Origin: Anthoceros angustus
Taxonomy: Eukaryota > Plantae > Anthocerotophyta
Assembly: GCA_010909165.1 (NCBI GenBank)
Contig: MU008155.1
Span: forward strand, 1,736,001 to 1,800,000
Reading direction: 5' to 3'
DNA length: 64,000 nt
A program made the position numbers and the translations under genes. The notes beneath the pieces were generated by a model that was given only the letters and a program-made list of their open reading frames with translations, did not search any database and was not told the origin of the DNA. Below are positions 37,754-49,297 of the stretch, piece by piece (positions within the stretch are counted from its first letter, which is position 1; each line of letters begins with the position of its first letter).

Positions 37754-40659
37754 TCAGATCGGTTCCTCCAATAGAAGGGGGGCTGAGTTCGGAACTTGTA
37801 GTACAATCTTGCTCGTATCCCATCCGGCGTCTCGTATAGCATCCAGAAAGAGATCAAAGCGCTCATGGAGAGCCTGTGTACTAGAACGCAAGCCGTCTAA
37901 CTGCCATTGAAGACCAGCTTGCGGGGTCATTCCATGTGGCTTGTAAAGCAACCAACCAGCTTGCCACATGCTTCTAAGGACCGTCATGCTCGTTGCACCA
38001 TTCTGGAACAAAACTCCGTGAGTGAGATCCCACACCAGTAAGCCAAGAAAGATTGAAAGACGGGAGCACGACTAGTGTATGCATGTACTCAGACAGCACC
38101 TTGAGTATGACTCTGGCTTCTTGCCGATGAAGAACATTTGGATGAAGCACAAGGATGTAGTCTTCTTTCTCGTATAGACGCTGAAGACTCTTCACCTACA
38201 TGCAAATCAATCAGAATCAGCAAAAAAAGGTAAGGCACGCGCGTTTACAAGTGAACATGAATTGAGCTGTAAACTGCTAAGGCATCTCACCTCCAACCGA
38301 GTGCATCGACTTCCTAGCACCTCCGTAACCGTGCACCCGACTGAAACATGCGGCCCCAGAAGCAAGCGTGGCACCAGAATGCTCTCCTTAAGATTGCAGT
38401 CTTTAATCCCTGACAGTGGATAACAACCCATAGAGGATCACACATCCTTTCCAGTGTCACCAACACCAACATCTCACATCGTCACACTAGTCAGTAAACT
38501 CTACCAGGAATAGGAAGCCCATGGATGTAGGCGTGAATCAAAACTAATGCTCGTTTGTGGTTGATCTGCAAGCAAGTCAAGTTCAGTGAAACCGAGTTAC
38601 AGTTCCAATGATAAAATATTGGACTGCAAAGCCACTTACAGTACGGAGTTGTAAAGACGATACACAGCGATAGCGGCAATAAAGATGGCATGTCCTGATG
38701 ACTGCCCACCCAAGGACTAGTTTCCAATACGAGTCTGTCACCCCAGGCGCACTCTGCACATTTCAAGCAGAGATTTAATCAGAAGCAGCTCCGTCCACCT
38801 TTGCACCTACCATACAGAACTGCTGGCTTCTTATATGACCGCTGCATTGAGGTCGTACTCACCAGAAAGGAGACACCGGCTACTAAACCCATGAGTTGAG
38901 CAAGCACCTCCCATACCTCGGACTGCCATGAAGTTGATGGAAATTAGCACAGTCTCAACCAGGTGAATCTGCTCTGGCAAATGTCTGTTTCAGTAGCAAC
39001 AGAGACTGAGTTGCTCACCTTAGCAGATACATCACCGAGGTTGTCTGAGACTGCAAAGTGGCTCTGTATCACACGAGCGGAAGGATCCTTAAGGCCTTTT
39101 GCAATAGCCTAACACCACATGTTACCAACACATTAGTATCCATCCATGTCATTTTCTGGCGAACGTCATCTTCAGCAGTTCTAGGACAGCACATTTGCAG
39201 CCGCAATCACCTTGGTGAGCCGACCAACTGAAGCCAAGGGTATGAAGTATGCTGGGGCGACAGGAGTCGCCAGCTCAAACATGCTGCACAATCCCCAAAG
39301 GAGAAATTCAATTCTTAGCGAGAGCAAGCACTTTATGTTTCAATATTTCAGGTGGACTTCAAAGGTGGCAGGGAGAAACGTACCCTCCAGCACTACCAAT
39401 AACGTCAGCATACAGTCTCCACTGCTTGGGATCATCATCAAATATACTCCCAAAACTGCCTCCTGCATAAGACTCAAAAATAACCAGATAAGAATAACAC
39501 ACCCGTAAGGTCATCCTGTACACGAAGTTTTAAACGCACCTATGATGAACCGACCGACATTTCCTAATCCATCTTTGACCACCCACCTACATCAAGGTGC
39601 CCAACGTATAGTGAGCTCTTATTGATAAAGCATGAATCCAACACACTGAGAAGCGAACTACACTAGTTTTAACGACCTACTTGACAGCAGCAGTTGTAGC
39701 TGCCGCCGTTCCTGCATCCCCACCAATGCCAACAGCCTGCGATACGACCACAGGGCTCAGAGCATTGTGCCCATAAGAAAAAACCTAAAAACCAACACAA
39801 CTCGGGAACGCACTAGTCACCATGACCACATACCGTTAAAAGGCTGGATGTCACAAGCGTGCTGCATGTCCACCCGGTCAGATGGGTTGGAAACTGCCAA
39901 AGCATGTATTGAAGGTAATCACTTGATACAGACTCTGTGTCCTTGAATACAAGAACTACTGTTAGTTTCTGCCAGTTTTGTCCAACAAGGGAAAACATCC
40001 TTCAAGGACACGGTTACCTGGATATCTAGCAGGCAGAATGAAGTCGACAACTGGCTGCGGCAGGTTAGAAAGCCGCAATGCTGGTGACTCTTCTCGACGG
40101 CTGCTGCTGTTCAGCTTGGTTGAGACTCCATGGCCATCCAATTCCTCCTCCTCTACTCTTAACTTCCCTGTGGACTTGTCAAGCCAGTAACTGTTAATCT
40201 GGCATTAGAATAAGTGGAAAGTCGTAGCAGAACTGCTCACAGCACTGCCTCACACCACCCAATGTCATAAATGAGGGAGGAGGAGCTGAACCTGCGAATC
40301 CATCGTTTCCGAGCCTTCTCTCTCAATAAAGGTCTGGCCTCGTCTTCTGCCCTGAAAACGCAAACGAAATTTCGGACTACGTACTAGGACAGAATCTGCC
40401 GAAGGATAAGAAGCTTCCAATGGGAACCCACAGCAGAAACGCACACGATAGCACACCTCTTCTCCACCTTGGTCGACTCAATGGGTCCAGCTACGTCGCC
40501 TACGCATCGTTCAGTTCGGCACCTCACAACAAAAGAATGATGATGTCGTCCCAAACGATTCTCCCTCAACCTGCCCATCGAATCACTGCCCCAGCTTCCA
40601 TGGCTCTGAATCTTGCCTCCCACCACTGCCCACGGAAGTACAACTGCCAAACCGCCCAT
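37754..40659 (-). CDS. RUS5: ROOT UVB SENSITIVE (DUF647) family protein, RUS5-like, multi-exon
   Basis: DFILPARYP, SVSSDYLQYMLWQFPTHLTGWTCSTLVTSSLL, AIAKGLKDPSARVIQSHFAVSDNLGDVSAK, INHKRALVLIHAYIHGLPIPG, C-terminus SMWQAGWL...FDLFLDAIRDAGWD...VPN; start codon uncertain. Confidence 0.85.
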
Positions 40660-42265
40660 GATTCTCAACGGATCTCCCCTAGCTCCAACCGAAAGTTGCT
40701 CATGCCCAAATTCAAATCCACCCCACCCAGCGCTCTCGTACTGATGGCAGCAGCCTGAAGGCGATTCAAACTGGACGGCGACCGGCGGCGACTCGCAGAG
40801 CTCGCTGAAATGCAATTCACAGATTCACTGAATCTGAATCTGAGATGCACGATTCAGCAGAATATCACGAGCGGAGCGTGGAAGCTATGTTATCTGTCGA
40901 GATGGACGTCACCCACAAACTTTGCAGAGGCAGCCACGTATGGCTACTGGCTGCCCATGCGAGTGGACGCAGGACACCGAATTTGATGGAGATAAGAGTT
41001 TCATGTCAAAAGCAAGTATTCGCTAACACTCTTCCAAACCCCCATCACACTACATACATGCGTGATCAGTGGTTTCAGATATGGACATAGCTCTTTTGTA
41101 TATTATCACAGAATGCCTTTCTGCTTGGACAGGGTCACAGGGCAGCTGAGGAAGCTAACGTGCAGACGCATGTGACGGCAACTGCAACCGCTGCAAGCTC
41201 TGCGGCTTTCGAGAGCAAGGGGGGAAAGATCGAGGTGATTTATGTAAGGAGAAATAGGAAACAGCAGGGAGCAGGGCCAGTGTCGTCACTTGGCCGTTGG
41301 TCCATTGGCTTTGCTGCGGTCGTCTAATAAAGACGTGTTGCGAAGCTCAAGATTCTCATCACACAAGCCCAACGGCGGGCTCCCCCATTCGCTGCGGCAG
41401 CGGGCTGCCAGTGTCAGATGACAAGCACGGCACTGGCAGTACATGCTGCTTTTAGGGTTTGATCGCAGTCTTGCTTGCACTCCGTCACTCCCGAGCGTTT
41501 TGGCAAGAAAGCAGAATAATGAAGGCACATGTTGTGGCCTGCAAACGTGTGAAAAAGCTGCTTTGCGAGCTGGGCTGGCACTAATATCAATCACAGCACA
41601 GCACAGCGGAGCAGAGCAGAGCACATCCCTCGCCTTCCCCCCCTGGCTGGTGTGTGCCGTTACGCCAAGAAGCCGCCTGCCGCTTTCATCACCTCCACCA
41701 ACAGCACCTGCTCATCAGCTGCTGCTTGCTATATTTGCCCCCCCCCTCTACAGCAGGAGCGCTGTTCTTCATTCGTCACCTTCTTGTCCGAGTGGTGGGC
41801 TTGGCGGGAGCGCGTCCGATTATGTAGGAAGCATGGACTGGGCCGGGGCAGCTGCTGGCAAGCAACGCAGGTGCGGTGCTGCGGGCCAGCGGTACGCAGA
41901 CTGTGAGCTTCTGCCCGGGTGTGCTCGTTGCAGCAGCGCCGGCAAGGTGGATGGTGGCAGCAGGGGCCAGAGCTTGTGGCATTTTTGCGCACCAGTTGGG
42001 TATGGCTCGCATTTGCATTTGTTTGTGTGAAGTTGGCATTGCAAGGTTTTCTTCGGCAATGCAAGACTTTCTGCTGCCGCCAGCTGGATAGTTTGTCGAG
42101 GTGCTCACATTTTCTTCTGGCGTGTGTTGTTTGCCTCGGAAACAGAGTCGGCACGGCGGCTGGTCGTCCAGTGGGTGGTGGGTTTGTGGGCAGAATGAAT
42201 GCTGGCTGACCGACGCCCGGCATTGCTGTCGTGTGGGGCTCAGCCCTGCCCGGCTTTCGCACAAA

Positions 42266-45200
42266 ATGCAGGCGCTTCGCAGGATTGTGGCGCTTCTCTT
42301 CCTGGCCATTTTGCAGTTGTATGCCCTTGCCGACCCTTCTGACGCCGACCTGCTTCTGGACTTCCTCCGTGGGATAAGCAGTAATGCGCAGGCTCTGGTG
42401 TCGTGGAATGTGAGCAGCGTGGATGGAAATGGGTGTCCGCAAGGCTGGTCGGGAGTGAGTTGTTCTGAGTACGGAAGGGTGGTGGGACTTGACCTTGGCG
42501 GTTTCTCATTGGGTGGCCAGATCTCTCCGAACTCGCTTGGCTTTCTCCAGCAATTAACATCCCTCAATTTGTCTCACAATTTCTTCTCGGGGGGTGTGCC
42601 AGATGATTTTGGGTCACTGTCGGCCCTCGAGTCTATGGACCTATCATTTAATGGGTTTGTGGGAAACATCCCCATCTCTCTCCGAAATCTGCAGACTCTC
42701 AAGAATTTGTCTCTGGGCAATAATCAGTTTGACGGTGGGATCCCTGATGAGGTTGCGGGTCTGCCTCAGCTGCTGCAGTTGGACTTGAGCCACAACCTGC
42801 TGTCAGGAGGCATTCCTCCCTCTCTGGGCGACCTTCGCAACCTTGTCTCGCTCAATCTGTCCTTCAATGGTTTGTCAGGCATGGTTTCGTTTGATGGGTT
42901 TTTAGCGCTTGAGGTCCTGGACCTTCGCGGAAACAACTTATCAGGCGATGTGGATCAGTCCTGGTTGTCGATGCCACTGGTCAAGACAGTGGATTTGAGC
43001 AGCAATATGCTGACAGCGAACGTCTCATGGCTGATTTATCCTAGCCTTCCTTCAAGCTTGGAGTATCTCAACTTGAGCAACAACAACTTCAGTGTTGCGC
43101 TGAGCAGTCCTGCCGCAACCTTTTTCTCAGCTTCTTTGGAGGTACTAGATGTGAGCCACAATCAGTTTACTGGCCATCTGCCAAGCATTAAGCTTGACCG
43201 AGCCACCACGTTGCGCTTTGGCAATAACAATTTCAGTGGGAGGGTGCCTTCAGAACTGTACAGTCAAGTTCCTTTGAAAGAGCTTGATCTCAGTGCAAAT
43301 CAGTTCGCGGGGCCAATGGATAAAGTCACGTCCACAACCTTGAGGATCCTGAATCTCTCTTCGAATCGTCTACTGGGCAAGCTGCCATCGAAGTTTGAAA
43401 GCATTAGTCTGGTGGATCTGAGCAGAAACAACTTTTCAGGGAGTGTCTCCGACATCTCAGGCTGGGGATCTACAATGGAGGTGATAGATCTCAGTTGGAA
43501 CTCTCTCACTGGCCCACTACCTGATGATGCACCTGCTTTTCTTGCTGCTTTGCGGTCGCTGAACCTTTCTCATAACAGTCTCTCTGGTGAGATCCCCTCG
43601 GGGTTTACTAATTTCACCCGACTGGAGGGCCTTGATTTGAGTTCCAATTCTCTAGACGGGTCAGTTCCTGCTTTTCTCTACAACTTGTCTATAACAAGAC
43701 TAATTCTTTCAGACAATGCGTTCACTGGGAGTATCGACTTTCCAGATTTTGGGTCTGCTGCGGTGATCCTATCACCACTTGTTGCTGTGAATCTATCCAG
43801 TAACCTGTTGACCGGCCCTATTCCTCCTTTGTTGATGTATTTTCCTAATCTTTTTTCGCTAGATCTGAGCAACAACTCATTAAGCGGGCCTATTCCTTCT
43901 AACTTGTCAAGCCTTCAGGACCTACATGATCTTGATCTGTCCTTCAACCAGCTTACAGGCCCCATTCCTAGTGACCTTGGACTGATTCCTGGTCTGATTG
44001 GATTGAATCTGTCCAACAACAACCTCTCTGGGACGCTGCCTGCAAGCCTGGAGAGGTTCCCTCTTTCCTCTTTTGCAAACAATCCACTGCTGAAGCTTCG
44101 GAACGGTTCACCCATATCTGGGTCTGGTGTTTCACATGGGGAGAAAGGGAAAAGATCTGCTGTTGAAGCAGGTCTAATAGGTGGCTCCACTGCAGCAGCA
44201 GCTATTCTTCTTGCTGCAGGACTCTTTCTGTACTACAGGAACATGTCAAAATCACAGGTGGTCATGGCAAGGAGTCCTGAATATATTGGGCGCATCAAAT
44301 CAGAACACAATCACCTGAGGGCAGGTGGCTTGCAGGAGAACGAGTCTGGCTCACCATCAGGGTCAGAAACTGCAAGCTCTGGGACTGTGAAACTGAAAGG
44401 TATTTTGAAGGGCCATAGCTACCGAGCCTCGCCAGAACCCGCTGTTGAGGAGCCCAAGAGTGTAGAAGGCAATGGCAAGTTGGGTGTCCCTTTACCAGTT
44501 CCTTTTGTGCATCTGCAGCCTCAAGGTTATGGTGAGGCAGTGCCACCAGAGCAGCCAGTCGTCCTGAGAGTGTGTTCACCAGAGCGACTTGCAGGAGATT
44601 TGTTTTTGCTGGATTCTAGCTTAGTGTTTACAGCAGAGGAGCTGTCCAGGGCTCCCGCTGAAGTGCTCGGCAGGAGCAGCCATGGAACGTCTTACAAAGC
44701 AACTTTGGACAGTGGCCATGTGCTTACTGTAAAGTGGCTCAGGGAGGGATTGGCGAAGAGTAGGAAGAAGTTTATAGGGGAGGCCAGGAAGTTCGGGAAT
44801 GTGAAGCATCCCAATGTCATGGCGTTGAGGGGATACTATTGGGGCCCGAGGGAGCATGAAAAGCTTTTGGTTTCAGACTTTATTCCTTCAGGCAGTTTGG
44901 CTGGGAGGCTTTACGAAAGGACAGGCCGGAGATATGCACCTTTGAGTTGGCAACAACGTCTCCGTATTGCAGTGGATATTGCACGTGGTTTGAACTACTT
45001 GCAACTTGAGCACCAGTTACCCCATGGTAATTTGAAATCTACGAATGTATTACTGGATGGGCCTAATCTTGATGGTCGACTTGCTGACTTCAGTCTGCAC
45101 AGGCTAGTCACTGAAGCAGGGACGGCAAACACTATCTTAAATGCTGGAGCTCTCGGCTATCGGTCATCAGAACTTGCTTCGGCGAAAAAACCGAAACCAT

Positions 45201-45520
45201 CGTTCGAGGCTGATGTATATGCATTTGGTGTTATACTCATGGAGATCCTCACAGGCAAAGGTGCAGGGGATATCATATCAGGTAATTCTGGGGCAGTTGA
45301 TTTGCCTGACTGGGTCAGGCTTCTAGCGAACGAAGGACGAGCGGTGGATTGCTTCGATCCAGCTTTGGTTGGCGTGCATAGAGACCAGGAGCCTCCTAAG
45401 GGGATGGATGACATGTTAGCAATATCTTTAAGCTGCATTGCCACTCGATCTTTGCGGCCAAACATTAGGGTTATTTACGAGAAATTGGCTGCTATTAACC
45501 CGTCTTCACAATCTGATTGA
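42266..45520 (+). CDS. LRR receptor-like pseudokinase, GHR1/SIRK1-like, single exon
   Basis: Signal peptide MQALRRIVALLFLAILQLYALA, LRR cap CPQGWSGVSC, many LxxLxLxxN repeats, TM helix, EVLGRSSHGTSYKATLDSGHVLTVKWLREG, LRGYYWGPREHEKL, HGNLKSTN, ADFSLHRL (non-canonical HRD and DFG). Confidence 0.93.
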   Translation: MQALRRIVALLFLAILQLYALADPSDADLLLDFLRGISSNAQALVSWNVSSVDGNGCPQGWSGVSCSEYGRVVGLDLGGFSLGGQISPNSLGFLQQLTSLNLSHNFFSGGVPDDFGSLSALESMDLSFNGFVGNIPISLRNLQTLKNLSLGNNQFDGGIPDEVAGLPQLLQLDLSHNLLSGGIPPSLGDLRNLVSLNLSFNGLSGMVSFDGFLALEVLDLRGNNLSGDVDQSWLSMPLVKTVDLSSNMLTANVSWLIYPSLPSSLEYLNLSNNNFSVALSSPAATFFSASLEVLDVSHNQFTGHLPSIKLDRATTLRFGNNNFSGRVPSELYSQVPLKELDLSANQFAGPMDKVTSTTLRILNLSSNRLLGKLPSKFESISLVDLSRNNFSGSVSDISGWGSTMEVIDLSWNSLTGPLPDDAPAFLAALRSLNLSHNSLSGEIPSGFTNFTRLEGLDLSSNSLDGSVPAFLYNLSITRLILSDNAFTGSIDFPDFGSAAVILSPLVAVNLSSNLLTGPIPPLLMYFPNLFSLDLSNNSLSGPIPSNLSSLQDLHDLDLSFNQLTGPIPSDLGLIPGLIGLNLSNNNLSGTLPASLERFPLSSFANNPLLKLRNGSPISGSGVSHGEKGKRSAVEAGLIGGSTAAAAILLAAGLFLYYRNMSKSQVVMARSPEYIGRIKSEHNHLRAGGLQENESGSPSGSETASSGTVKLKGILKGHSYRASPEPAVEEPKSVEGNGKLGVPLPVPFVHLQPQGYGEAVPPEQPVVLRVCSPERLAGDLFLLDSSLVFTAEELSRAPAEVLGRSSHGTSYKATLDSGHVLTVKWLREGLAKSRKKFIGEARKFGNVKHPNVMALRGYYWGPREHEKLLVSDFIPSGSLAGRLYERTGRRYAPLSWQQRLRIAVDIARGLNYLQLEHQLPHGNLKSTNVLLDGPNLDGRLADFSLHRLVTEAGTANTILNAGALGYRSSELASAKKPKPSFEADVYAFGVILMEILTGKGAGDIISGNSGAVDLPDWVRLLANEGRAVDCFDPALVGVHRDQEPPKGMDDMLAISLSCIATRSLRPNIRVIYEKLAAINPSSQSD

Positions 45521-46057
45521 TCAGGATGAAAGCCTGATGGACATTTAAATGTGCTAATCATGGTCCTAGATTATGAAATTGCAGTCTTGCAACTTTTTGC
45601 AGGAGATAACTACCCACTTCCGCTTGTTGCAACTTCGAGTAGATAAATGGTTCTTGAAAATCAAGCTCAACATTTGCTTGAAAAGCGGTGAGGAGCTTTT
45701 CTGACCTGGAGTAGGAGTTGTTGGTCGGCAAGACAACTTCTATGATGAGTGTTGTTTTTCCCATGGAGAGGCGAGATCCCCAGCAAAGACACATTCTATG
45801 TACAGGTATCTGGAGACCCCCCCCAATAGTTTCACCCCAGTTCTACAGCCTTCACTGAGCTGCTGCTGTTTCCCTTCAATCCCATTGTACAGGCCACACC
45901 GCACTCAACTCAATTGTACAGGCCACACTGGGCTGCTGTATCCCGCAACCCCATTGCATAGGCACCCCCATTGTTAGGCATGCAACTCTTCAAAATTTGC
46001 CCCTAACACGATCCGTGTCGTTTGCCGTGGTGCAGCTCACTGTAGAGTTGTTCCCCT

Positions 46058-48053
46058 TCATGCCTGCCAGACGTACACTTCCCCACCCCAACTCCCGCCA
46101 ACTATGCATCCCGGTAGAAGAGGGTGGCAAGCAAGCCTGTAGGGAATCCTGGTCATCCAGTGGCTACTGAGGCTGCCCATGGAAGTTCGTGTGACGGCAG
46201 AAAAGACGTCAATTGACTTGGCCTTGTTTCCGATAAACAGTAAGTTATCATTCCACCCCCATATAGCCCTGCAAGATGCCAAGTGTAATACCTGTTAGAC
46301 ACCTGGATTAAACTGTAGTGTGCAACGGTTGCTTAGGGAGCTCCAAACCTACCGGAAAGGTGCTATCCAGCGATTAATCTGATTGTAGTGATAGATCTTC
46401 TTGACTTCGTTGTCTCCATCTTTGTCCCCAGCAAAGGGTTTCCACAGGCGGACGTGATCGTCATAACTGCAATTCCGAGCAAAATCTCTTGTTACAAACG
46501 GAAAATCAGCTTATCAGTAGGGCCAGCTTATTAATATTGTCCTGGCTGCAAATGGAGGTTTCAGTGAGCTGTGTTTACCTGGTGGTGGCAACTTGATGCC
46601 CAGAGGGCGAGAAGTAGGCAGAGTGGACAGATTTGCCATGTGACAGCTCTGCGATGCTCTGGGTGCCCCATTCCTTCAGATTCCTGGCATCCCAAATGGC
46701 AGCTATACCGTCGGCGGAGCTTGTGGTGATGGCATATGGCCTATCCGCGTGAACATCGATAGAATTTATTTTCCTATCATGTAGCTTGTAACTAGAAGCC
46801 AATGCGGGCAGCCTAGCGTCCAAGACCTTGAGTATACCTTCACCCTCGCCAACATAAGCCACAACAGCATCCGACTGCGCTGCAAAAGTGACAGCAGACA
46901 ATTTCTCCTGTGACTGGTAGATTTGTGAAAACTCTGCCTTCTCAACGTCCATGAGAAGTACAAATCCATCGGAACTACTGGTCAGGAGCTGCACAATCAC
47001 GTGATAGAAGAGCCACCCGTCAGTCAGTGACTCCAGTGAATTAATAACACCAAAAAACTGAAAGCAGGCGCAGCAGCCAGAAGAAGACACCACCTTGGTA
47101 TAGTCATTTGGAGAGCTAGCAATCCCAGACACCATATCAGAATGGGGGTGGAAGACATGAACACCTTCCCATTCGACTACACCGGATTCCGTGTCCCAAA
47201 ACCCTACATGACCCGCCTTGTCTCCTGCTGCAACAATCACCCTGCTCCTCAGGTGAAGAAACAAGAGGCTAGACACCCGGTCTGGAACAATCTTGGCCAC
47301 CGCATGCTCGTCCAAATCCAAACTTCGGACCCTTGCTCGCACACGCTCGTCGTTTCTGTAATCGAACCTGGATTTCCATGACTGGTCGGCAAGAGGCTGC
47401 GCTGCCAACTCCTTGTGCAGTACGGCCGGAAAATCCACCGGACGTTCTGAATTCGCTGTCTCTGTCATACGAACAGTCACCATCGGCCGAGGCCCTTGCA
47501 CCACGGCAGTGCAGACCAAGGCCCTCTCATTGCTCCTCTTCGCCAGCTCTGGGGTCTCTGCCTCCAGGCCCTTGCTATACGGGCCAATCCCCTTGGTGCG
47601 CAGCGACCTCCGCAGCACCATGGGCTCCTCCCGAGCCCGCTTCTGCCCTCGCTTGTACCCCTTGGGCGGCCCCCTGCGTTCACCACACCAATGCGGACGT
47701 CAATTCACGGGCCCCGGCAAATTGCCGAGTCCACAAATTCACCATCCCCTTCCCTCCGCTCCGCAACAGAAACCGCTCCTTCACAACAAATTTCAGCACA
47801 AGCAGAAGCAGAGGAAGAAGCCATCAATCCTCCCCTCTCCACAGACTTGGCAATCACAGGCTTCGCAATTACAGAGAGGGGAAGGCAATCAAATCCCCGA
47901 GAGAAACAAAACATGCAAGCAGCCTCACCTCTTGGGAGGAGCTGCAGCCCTGAGCTCGTCCACCACCAGGTCCATCCCGAGCTCCGCCAGCCGCGCGTTG
48001 TTGCGCTCGATGTTCTCCAGCCTCTGCCTCTCGTAATCCGTCAGGGAATCCAT
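46058..48053 (-). CDS. WDR76: WD40-repeat protein WDR76/CMR1-like, multi-exon
   Basis: N-terminal MDSLTDYERQRLENIERNNARLAELG; VAKIVPDRV, VAAGDKAGHVGFWD, KLHDRKINSID, IWDARNL, VHSAYFSPSG, final GGSWGGEVYVWQA*. Confidence 0.85.
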
Positions 48054-48650
48054 CTCCAGCTCAGATCAGCTCCCTCTCCACAGGAAAAACTGGGCCCAGC
48101 GCAAAGCGCAGCAGCCGCAGCTGCAGCTCAGCGAGCCGCCGAGAGCTCAACTTGTTTCAAGCCGCGCTTCCGCCCGATTAATCTTCTCTCTTCTGACACG
48201 GGCGCACAACGACATCCTCGAGCTGGGCTGCTCTGATCAGGCAGGGACACCGGCACTTACTATCATCTGTATGTCATAGAGGCGCCAGGGGCGGAAAGGG
48301 ACAGCGGCATGCCTCCAGCACGGCCCGCAACAGCCCAATCGTCCGTCCTTTCTCCGCTCGCGTACGTGCTCTTCCCGAGCTTCCTCCTATGATGGTCAGA
48401 GCGAGGCAAGGCGAGCAGCCTCCGCAACGCCAAGGCAACCAATCCGCTCGCCCCGGCTGCCCCCAATCATCCAACTCCCAGCAGCAGCAAACGAAGGACA
48501 TCAAATCGGAGGCGGACGCAGGAAGGTAACAGCCTTGCGCGTCGCCCGCATCACGACCGCTTCGCGCATCATAGAATCGAGCGGGCACACACAATTACGT
48601 CATCATTCTCGGGCCCTCGGTGCCCGCTGGAATCGATGATGACGGCTCGA

Positions 48651-48696
48651 CCTGGGCCTGGACCTGGACCTGGACCTGGACCTGGACCTGGACCTG
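48651..48696. repeat. (CCTGGA)n hexanucleotide microsatellite
   Basis: About seven to eight units between the divergent WDR76 and transporter genes. Confidence 0.9.
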
Positions 48697-49297
48697 CCTC
48701 TCCCTCTTATTCTCGGCTCGAGCTCGACAACGGGGTGGCCGATCTCGGTAACGCGAGCCTTTCTTTGAGTCGTCTCCACGGCCCGATGTCGATGCCGATG
48801 CCCGTGGGCCGCCCCGGACAGAAACAAATATAAGCTAAACCCTCACAATCGGCTCAAAACCACCAAGGGCAAGGGAGTCCAAGCAGCGGGCTTTTTCGGG
48901 CGCCGTTCCCACGGCCGAATAATGGTCGAGTCTACTTAAAGCAACACACCCCGAAGAATTCGCGAATCTGTTCCGCTTGGCCTTGCTGCTCGCTGCTCCT
49001 GGGCCCTGGCGCCGAAATATAGCAACGTCACGTGGGTCAACAATGTTAAGTAGTTACCCGCAATGTATGTATGTACATATCTGTGTATATGTACCTGCCC
49101 AAACCGGCTGCCGCGCGGGTACCGGGTTGCGTAACCGCGGCCGCTCCGTGCCGCCTACCTTAGCGGGTTGGGCGCCGTGTGCCCTATCCGCTTTGGGGCG
49201 GCTGCGGGACTGCACTGCGGCCGAGTACAGTGTAGCGTTTTGGTAGCGCCGATGCGGTGACGGGTGCACGGCGAGAGTCGCGTGGTTCGACCGGACC

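Noticed and set aside
41443-42265. ORFs upstream of the LRR-RLK, including the N-terminal extension from 42101
   Set aside because: No domain content; the signal peptide starts at ATG 42266, so this is likely a GC-rich 5' leader.
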